From sequence record NC_023568.1: DNA of 64,000 bases. One strand, written 5' to 3'. Each line of letters starts with the position of its first letter. Positions within the stretch are counted from its first letter, which is position 1. Of the stretch, positions 57,525 to 64,000 are shown piece by piece. A program made the position numbers and the translations under genes. The notes below the pieces were generated by a model that saw nothing but the letters and a program-made list of their open reading frames with translations, was not told the DNA's origin and made no database searches.

Positions 57525-58451
57525 ATGTCTATGTTCAAACGCAAATCTCCAGCAAAACTTCAAGAAAAACTAGAGCAAATGTCAAGCAAAAAGTCATTCG
57601 ACAATGCTGACGAGTGGAAACTTTCTACTGACAAGCTTGGTAATGGTTCTGCGGTGATTCGCTTCCTGCCTGCTAAAGGCGAAGACGACCTACCATTTGT
57701 AAAAATCTTCACACACGGTTTCAAAGAAAACGGTAACTGGTACATCGAAAACTGTCCTTCGACTATCGATCTTCCATGTCCATGCTGCCAAGCTAACGGC
57801 GAGCTTTGGAAAACTGAAAACGAAGATAACCAAAACATTGCACGTAAACGCAAGCGTACTCTTTCTTACTGGGCTAACATCGTTGTAATCAAAGATGAAG
57901 CTGCACCAGAAAATGAAGGCAAAGTTTTCAAATACCGTTTCGGTAAGAAAATTCTTGACAAGATCACTCAAGCTGCTCAAGCAGATGAAGATCTAGGTGT
58001 ACCGGGCATGGACGTGACTTGTGTATTCGACGGTGCTAACTTCAGCTTGAAAGCTAAGAAAGTATCTGGTTTCCCTAACTACGACGACTCTAAATTCGGC
58101 CCAAGCACTGAGCTATACGGCGGTGACGAAGCTAAACTGAAAGAAGTCTGGGACCAAATGCACGACCTAAACGCAATCATTGCACCGTCTGCGTTTAAAT
58201 CTGAAGCTGACCTTCAGAAGCGTTTTCTTCAAGTGACTGGCGCTGCTCAGTCTAAAGCATCTACGGCTGCTCAAAATCTTGAAGCTCAACTGAACACTGG
58301 TGCTCCTGCTCAAGCAAATGCACCTCGTACAGTTGCTAAACCAAGCGCAACTATCGACACTGACGACACTCCTGCTTCACAAGAGCCAGTGACTGATTCT
58401 GTCGATGACGAGCTAGACGCACTACTAGCTGACCTAGAGCTAGACGAGTAA
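57525..58451 (+). CDS. gp32: ssDNA-binding protein
   Basis: EWKLSTDKLGNGSAVIRFLP, HGFKENGNWYIENCPST, CPCC, YRFGKKILDKI and an acidic tail. Confidence 0.98.
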   Translation: MSMFKRKSPAKLQEKLEQMSSKKSFDNADEWKLSTDKLGNGSAVIRFLPAKGEDDLPFVKIFTHGFKENGNWYIENCPSTIDLPCPCCQANGELWKTENEDNQNIARKRKRTLSYWANIVVIKDEAAPENEGKVFKYRFGKKILDKITQAAQADEDLGVPGMDVTCVFDGANFSLKAKKVSGFPNYDDSKFGPSTELYGGDEAKLKEVWDQMHDLNAIIAPSAFKSEADLQKRFLQVTGAAQSKASTAAQNLEAQLNTGAPAQANAPRTVAKPSATIDTDDTPASQEPVTDSVDDELDALLADLELDE

Positions 58452-58460
58452 TGATTTAAA

Positions 58461-58479
58461 GGGGCTTAATTGCCCCTTT
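58461..58479 (+). terminator. Terminator after gp32
   Basis: GGGGC-TTAATT-GCCCC-TTT. Confidence 0.7.
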
Positions 58480-58500
58480 GTTCTCTTTATAGGAGATTAA

Positions 58501-59046
58501 ATGAAAGTTCAAATCGTTTTCGCTCACGGTATGAGTAAATCCCCGCACGCGCCCTTCGGCAATCAAAACAAACTCCCTTGGAAACATAACAAAGAAGACT
58601 TGGCTCGATTTAAAGCAGTTACTATGAATAGCGTGCTTGTAATGGGCTCTAAGACATTCGAATCACTTCCCGGTAAACTAGCAGACCGCCCGCACGTTGT
58701 GCTCAGTGGCAGCGATACAGCGACTGCAAAAAACGGTCAAAAAGCCGATGTTTACTGCAAGTGTGACTCCTTTCAAGACCTGATTAAAAACATCGAAAAT
58801 GTTTATCTGATAGAAGGTTTTGATAAAATAAGTGTTATCGGTGGCCCTAGTGTTATCGAGTCTGCATTACCTTTTGCAGACCACATATATAAAACTACAA
58901 TCGTTGATGAAATCGAAGCGTACGACGTTACGATTGATTTAACTAAAATTTTCTGGTATTTCCCACACAACGGGGAATCAGAGATCGTCGAATGCCAGAA
59001 CGGCTCTACGATTTTCATCGAAAAGTTAACAAAGGGTGACTTATGA
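58501..59046 (+). CDS. frd: Dihydrofolate reductase
   Basis: FGNQNKLPWK..EDLARFK, VMGSKTFESLP..RPHVVLS and VIGGPSV. Confidence 0.93.
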   Translation: MKVQIVFAHGMSKSPHAPFGNQNKLPWKHNKEDLARFKAVTMNSVLVMGSKTFESLPGKLADRPHVVLSGSDTATAKNGQKADVYCKCDSFQDLIKNIENVYLIEGFDKISVIGGPSVIESALPFADHIYKTTIVDEIEAYDVTIDLTKIFWYFPHNGESEIVECQNGSTIFIEKLTKGDL

Positions 59047-59759
59047 TTTTTAAAAATAACATTGGATGGTACGCAGGGGCTGGTTCTGTACGTCATGATT
59101 TCTACATCAACGGTGCGATTGAAGAGCCGAATGATTATGAAGAAATGCTTCAAATTCTGCATACGGCGTCCGAAACAGACGTGATTTACTTGCACTTGAA
59201 TACACCTGGTGGTAACTTCTATGCTGCATGTCAAATTTGTGATGCAATTATGCAATCTAAAGCAGGTGCAGTCATCGCGTGCGCAGAGGGTGAAGTGTGC
59301 AGCGCAGGTACAATGATTTTCTTAGCTTGTAATGGTTGGCACGTATCCCCATTTGCAACGTTCATGTTCCATACATCGAGCGGCGGTCAAATTGGTAAAA
59401 TGCCAGACACGTTGAAACAAGCTAAATCTCACGAAGAGCATTTAAACCGCGTATGTGGTCTTCTTTATGAACCGTTCTTTGATGCTGACGAGATCGACGA
59501 AATCATCAACCATAACCAAGACTTATGGCTGACGCCAGAAGAGGTTACAGAACGTCTTCAAGAAATGTCGAAGAAGTTCGAAGATGAAATGAAAGAAGCT
59601 GAAGCTCAACTTGCAGGTGACATTGAATCTCAACTTGAAGAACAGATTCAAGAGCGCGTAGCTGAAGAGCTTCGCAAACTAAAGGTCGACCCTGAAGATG
59701 AAGAAGTTGAAGATGAGCCCGTAAAGCCAAAACGCAAGCGTGCTGCAAAGAAAGCTTAA
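59043..59759 (+). CDS. ClpP-like serine protease with a charged C-terminal tail
   Basis: YLHLNTPGG, VCSAGTMIFLA (Ser), FMFH (His) and DLWLTPEE. Confidence 0.85.
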   Translation: MIFKNNIGWYAGAGSVRHDFYINGAIEEPNDYEEMLQILHTASETDVIYLHLNTPGGNFYAACQICDAIMQSKAGAVIACAEGEVCSAGTMIFLACNGWHVSPFATFMFHTSSGGQIGKMPDTLKQAKSHEEHLNRVCGLLYEPFFDADEIDEIINHNQDLWLTPEEVTERLQEMSKKFEDEMKEAEAQLAGDIESQLEEQIQERVAEELRKLKVDPEDEEVEDEPVKPKRKRAAKKA

Positions 59760-59825
59760 TTTAATCTCAGTTGTAATTTAAGGGGTAGCATTTTGCTGCT
59801 CCTTTCTTAGTTAGAAGGTAAAATA

Positions 59826-60926
59826 ATGTCAGATTTAATGAAATCGTTGAAAAAATCAAGCACATCTGGTTACGCGCAAGTGTTATCAGAAAGTCAGTTT
59901 ATGTTCGAAAAAGATCATACACGTACTTACGTGCCTGCGATTAACATTGCTTTTAGTGGTGAAGTAGATGGTGGTTTAACTTCTGGGTTGACAGTACTAG
60001 CGGGACCGTCAAAGCACTTTAAATCGAACTTGGGTCTAGTTGGCGTAGCTGCTTACTTGAAGAAATACCCTGAGGCAATTTGTGTATTCATTGATACAGA
60101 ATTCGGTATCACACCGTCTTATTTGCGCTCACAAGGTGTTGACCCAGACCGTGTTCTTCATATACAATGTGAGAGCGTTGAGCGTATGAAATTCGAAATG
60201 GCGAATCAGCTTAAAGACCTTGCAGAACGTAAGCGAGCTAAGAAAGCGGGTGACGAACCAGACCGCGTAATTTTCTTTATTGACTCGGTAGGTAACGTTG
60301 CTTCTGCAAAAGAAATCGATGACGCGCAAAACGAAAAGTCAGTTGCTGATATGTCTCGTGCGAAACAATTGAAATCATTGTTCCGTATCATCACACCATA
60401 TTTCACAATGCTCGATATTCCTTGTATCGCGATCAACCACACGTATCAAACTCAAGAAATGTACTCTAAAACTGTCATGTCTGGTGGTACGGGTATCATG
60501 TACTCTGCTGATACGGTAATCATTCTCGGTAAACAGCAAGAAAAAGACGGCAAAGAGATTGTCGGCTATCACTTCATTATGAATATCGAGAAATCACGTT
60601 TCGTGAAAGAGAAGATGAAAGTTCCGTTGACGGTTACATACGAAAACGGTATCGATATGTTCTCTGGTCTACTTGATATTGCACTTCAAACCGGTCATGT
60701 TGTTAAACCATCTAATGGTTGGTATCAACGTGCAACTGTTGATGAAGAAACTGGCGAAATGATCGTCGAAGAAAAGAAATATCGAGCGAAAGAAACACAA
60801 ACGCTTTCTTTCTGGAAAGACATCATCAATTCACCGACTTTCAAAGAAGGCGTGAAACGACTTTACTGCTTAGGTCAGTTAGACGAGTCTGAATTGAATG
60901 ATGAAATCGATAGCTTATTCGATTAA
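59826..60926 (+). CDS. uvsX: RecA-like recombinase
   Basis: LAGPSKHFKS, DTEFGITP, FFIDSVGN, DMSRAKQLKSLFR and MSGGTG. Confidence 0.98.
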   Translation: MSDLMKSLKKSSTSGYAQVLSESQFMFEKDHTRTYVPAINIAFSGEVDGGLTSGLTVLAGPSKHFKSNLGLVGVAAYLKKYPEAICVFIDTEFGITPSYLRSQGVDPDRVLHIQCESVERMKFEMANQLKDLAERKRAKKAGDEPDRVIFFIDSVGNVASAKEIDDAQNEKSVADMSRAKQLKSLFRIITPYFTMLDIPCIAINHTYQTQEMYSKTVMSGGTGIMYSADTVIILGKQQEKDGKEIVGYHFIMNIEKSRFVKEKMKVPLTVTYENGIDMFSGLLDIALQTGHVVKPSNGWYQRATVDEETGEMIVEEKKYRAKETQTLSFWKDIINSPTFKEGVKRLYCLGQLDESELNDEIDSLFD

Positions 60927-60933
60927 CGATACT

Positions 60934-60958
60934 GGCCCGCTTAATTGCGGGTCTTTTT
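60934..60958 (+). terminator. Terminator after uvsX
   Basis: GGCCCGC-TTAATT-GCGGGTC-T5. Confidence 0.8.
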
Positions 60959-60980
60959 CACCTTAGACGGGACGAATCGT

Positions 60981-61283
60981 ATGACTCCGAACCAAGTAAC
61001 AGAAATGCTAACCGAGCTTCAAGAGCGCGTGAAATTTAGTATAATGATTGACGATATTGAAGTTTATATTACTGACATTCTAGTAGATAATAGCGGCAGA
61101 CTCAAAATTGAATTTGTAACTCAACATCCAGACAAAGAAGAACAAATTCGTCCGCATGTTGAGGCGTGTATTATGAAACTTATTCGTGAAGAACAGAACA
61201 AGAATGGGGTAAAAGAACAATGCAAATCGAGAAGTCGATTTTCTCAAATCTTATCGAAAATCAAGAGTACTTTGCTACCGTAA
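60981..61283 (+). CDS. gp40: Head vertex assembly chaperone gp40
   Basis: EVYITDI..KIEF..EEQIRPHVEACI; position between uvsX and gp41. Start at ATG 60981. Confidence 0.8.
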   Translation: MTPNQVTEMLTELQERVKFSIMIDDIEVYITDILVDNSGRLKIEFVTQHPDKEEQIRPHVEACIMKLIREEQNKNGVKEQCKSRSRFSQILSKIKSTLLP

Positions 61284-62620
61284 TCCCTCACTTGAAAAAA
61301 GAATACTTTCAGTCAACTGCTCATCAGCATATCTTTATGATGATTAAGAACCACGCAGACGAGTACAAACGTCGTGCGACACCTGAAGTTTTGAAAGTAT
61401 GTCTTGAGTCATTGACAGGGATTAGTGAATACGACTATGCAGAGATACAACAAACAATAAATGAACTAGAACCTCACCCGAGTCACGACCTGAGATGGTT
61501 GATTGACACGACTGAACAGTTCTGTATCGAACAGAGCGTTTTTAACGCGCTTAGTGAATCACTTGCTATTCAAGAGAATGCAGCTAAACCACTTGATCAG
61601 CAAAACAAACGAATGAAAACGCTTGGTGCGATTCCCGATTTGATGCGTGATGCATTGAACGTTTGTTTTGACACATCAGTTGGTCATGATTATTTTGCAG
61701 ATTGGGAACCTCGATACAAATCGTATATCGAGAAAGCAGCAAAAATCCCATTCAAAATGAACATTTTAAACAAGATCACTCAAGGTGGTGTTGAAAGAAG
61801 TACTCTGAACCTACTTCTAGCGGGTTCTAACGTGGGTAAATCACTTGCGTTGTGTCATTTAGCAACTGAGTATCTTCTACAAGGCTACAACGTTCTATAC
61901 ATCAGTATGGAAATGAGTGAAGCGGCAGTGTCGAAGCGTATTGATGCCAACTTAATGGACATCAGTATGGACGATTTCGATACTATTACTGAAAAAACAT
62001 ACGGCACTAAGATTCAGAATCTTGAGAAGAAAACTCAAGGTAAATTATTCATTAAACAGTTCCCGACTGCGGGCGCGAATGTAACTCACTTCAATACGTT
62101 GATGAATGAGCTTCGCACCAAGAAAGACGTAATCCCAGACATTGTGATTGTCGATTATCTTGGTATCTGTGCAAGTTCACGTGTTGCAAGTTCAGAAAAT
62201 ACATACGTTCACGTTAAAGCTATTGCTGAAGAAATTCGTGGTTTTGCTGTTGAACATAACGTTGCTGTTTGGTCTGCTGCTCAGACTACACGTAACGCAT
62301 GGGATGCAAGTGACATGGGAATGGGTGATATTGCTGAATCGGCTGGTCTTGCTCATACTGCTGACTTGATTCTCGGTATTATGGAAACTGAAGAAACTGT
62401 CGCGCTCGGGCAACAACGAGTGAAACAGATTAAGTCTCGTTATGCTGACCGTAACCAAGACCAGACATTTATGATTGCTGTTAACAAAGGTAAACAACGT
62501 TGGGGTGATGTAGATGGTACTGCGAGTTATACGGCGCCTGCTCAATCTCAAACGCAATCGGCGACTCCTTTCGCGCAGAAGAAAGAACAGACGCAGAAAG
62601 CAGAGGCGGTAAATTGGTAG
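61220..62620 (+). CDS. gp41: Replicative helicase
   Basis: LAGSNVGKSL, YISMEMSE, RIDAN, IVDYLGI, AESAGL and KQIKSRY. Confidence 0.97.
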   Translation: MQIEKSIFSNLIENQEYFATVIPHLKKEYFQSTAHQHIFMMIKNHADEYKRRATPEVLKVCLESLTGISEYDYAEIQQTINELEPHPSHDLRWLIDTTEQFCIEQSVFNALSESLAIQENAAKPLDQQNKRMKTLGAIPDLMRDALNVCFDTSVGHDYFADWEPRYKSYIEKAAKIPFKMNILNKITQGGVERSTLNLLLAGSNVGKSLALCHLATEYLLQGYNVLYISMEMSEAAVSKRIDANLMDISMDDFDTITEKTYGTKIQNLEKKTQGKLFIKQFPTAGANVTHFNTLMNELRTKKDVIPDIVIVDYLGICASSRVASSENTYVHVKAIAEEIRGFAVEHNVAVWSAAQTTRNAWDASDMGMGDIAESAGLAHTADLILGIMETEETVALGQQRVKQIKSRYADRNQDQTFMIAVNKGKQRWGDVDGTASYTAPAQSQTQSATPFAQKKEQTQKAEAVNW

Positions 62621-62859
62621 AGATTATCGGGTCAAAATATTGTTTAGCTTGTCGCAAGTTGTGCGACTCGCTAAATGATAGAAACATTAAACATATTTTT
62701 TATGACGCATTTGTTCCTAGTGAACGCTATAAAGAACTTCAGAAAATCGCTGAAGATGATGGTTATATTGCCCACCCAATAGCGTTTTACAATGGCGAAT
62801 GTCTAGGCGAGGGTGTGAGCGTCTTATCTCGCATCGACAAATTGTTAGAAGAGGAATGA
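62614..62859 (+). CDS. Glutaredoxin/NrdH-like protein (CLAC)
   Basis: IIGSKYCLACRKL..HPIAFYNGECLG; directly upstream of nrdD. Confidence 0.8.
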   Translation: MVEIIGSKYCLACRKLCDSLNDRNIKHIFYDAFVPSERYKELQKIAEDDGYIAHPIAFYNGECLGEGVSVLSRIDKLLEEE

Positions 62860-64000
62860 ATGAAACACGACATTTTAGACATTGTTAGCGGTTCGGGTAA
62901 CAACAAAGAGAATGCAAATAAAGATTCGAAAGTAATCCCTACAATGCGTGACTTAGTAGCTGGCACAGTGTCGAAACATTACGCACTTGAAGACTATCTA
63001 CCGAAGCATATTGCAGATGCACATATCGACGGCGATATTCATTTTCATGACCTTGACTACAGCCCATTATTCCCGCAATTCAACTGTATGCTTATTGATA
63101 TCAAAGGCATGTTTGAAGGCGGTTTCAAAATGGGTAATGCTGAAATCGAAGAACCAAACAGTATTAGCACTGCTGCCACTGTTGTAACTCAGATTATTCA
63201 GCAAGTAAGTAGCCATATCTACGGCGGTAACACGATCAATAGAATCGACGAAGTCCTAGCACCTTATGTTCGTAAGTCATATTATAAATGGCTCGAAGTA
63301 GGTCGCGAAGAACATCCCGACTCTGATTCTAAAGCTGCTATCTTTGCACGAAAGCGTGTTGAAAAGGAAACGTTCGATGCATTCCAGACGTTTGAATATC
63401 AAGTCAATACGATGCAGACTTCAAACGGTCAGACACCATTCACGACAATCAACTTCGGGTTAGGTACGTCGTGGGAAGAAAAACTTATTCAAAAAAGTAT
63501 TCTTCAGAATCGTATTGCAGGTCTAGGTAAGACTAAGAAAACTGCTATTTTCCCTAAGCTTGTTTTCACATTGAGAGACGGCGTGAACCTAAAAGAAGGC
63601 GACCCGTGCTACGCCATCAAAAAGTTAGCTCTTGAATGTGCAAGTAAGCGTATGTACCCAGACATTTTGAACTATGACAAACTAGTTGAAACGACTGGTG
63701 GGTTTAAGTCTCCAATGGGCTGTCGCTCATTCTTGGGTGACTGGAAGAACGAAGATGGTGAAACGGTATTCGATGGTCGTAATAACTTAGGCGTCGTCTC
63801 AATCAATATCCCGCGTATTGCTATTGAAGCATCGGGTGATACTGAACGCTTCTTCGAGATCTTACACGAGCGTTGTACACTAGCTTACGAAGCATTGATG
63901 TTGCGTATTAAGCGTTTTGATGATGTAACTGCATCAGTTGCTCCGATTCTATACTGTGAAGGTGCAATGGGCGTGCGCTTGAAGCCAACTGATAAAGTCA
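62860..64000 (+). CDS. nrdD: Anaerobic ribonucleotide reductase large subunit (partial, runs off the right edge)
   Basis: Hand translation of parts: ENANKDSKVIPTMRDL, GDIHFHDLDYSP..NC, NGQTPFTTINFG, RMYPD, PMGCRSFL and GRNNLGVVSIN. Confidence 0.95.
   Translation, partial: MKHDILDIVSGSGNNKENANKDSKVIPTMRDLVAGTVSKHYALEDYLPKHIADAHIDGDIHFHDLDYSPLFPQFNCMLIDIKGMFEGGFKMGNAEIEEPNSISTAATVVTQIIQQVSSHIYGGNTINRIDEVLAPYVRKSYYKWLEVGREEHPDSDSKAAIFARKRVEKETFDAFQTFEYQVNTMQTSNGQTPFTTINFGLGTSWEEKLIQKSILQNRIAGLGKTKKTAIFPKLVFTLRDGVNLKEGDPCYAIKKLALECASKRMYPDILNYDKLVETTGGFKSPMGCRSFLGDWKNEDGETVFDGRNNLGVVSINIPRIAIEASGDTERFFEILHERCTLAYEALMLRIKRFDDVTASVAPILYCEGAMGVRLKPTDKV

Overview
A gene-dense 64-kb segment of a T4-like myovirus. 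Gene order and protein features point to a KVP40-like Vibrio phage (Schizotequatrovirus type); this is my inference, not a database match. Left to right: baseplate hub and wedge genes (26, 54, 2, 4, 48, 53, 27, 5, 5.1, PAAR, 25, 6-11), two tandem gp12 short-fibre paralogues, wac, neck/terminase/tail/head genes (13-23), a CCA-adding enzyme, an accessory block, uvsW-uvsY, long-fibre genes 35 and 34, and replication genes (rnh, dsbA, 33, 59, 32, frd, ClpP-like, uvsX, 40, 41, glutaredoxin, partial nrdD). No tRNA, rRNA, CRISPR array, intron or transposase was seen. The main unexplained signals are: (1) a non-coding element present twice in inverted orientation about 26 kb apart (50/51 bp identical core: a hairpin plus six TTAG units at exact 9-bp spacing), each copy behind a tail-fibre terminator, origin/iteron-like; (2) late-expressed orphan genes with T4 capsid-targeting-like N-termini, including a RelE/HigB-like candidate, a possible polyprotein and a CTS-only mini-ORF; (3) three Inh/Hoc-C-terminal-domain relatives; (4) gp15 fused to a ~14-aa repeat domain next to an orphan late gene; (5) carbohydrate-binding-like insertions in gp10 and gp35. 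All family assignments come from motif recognition by eye.
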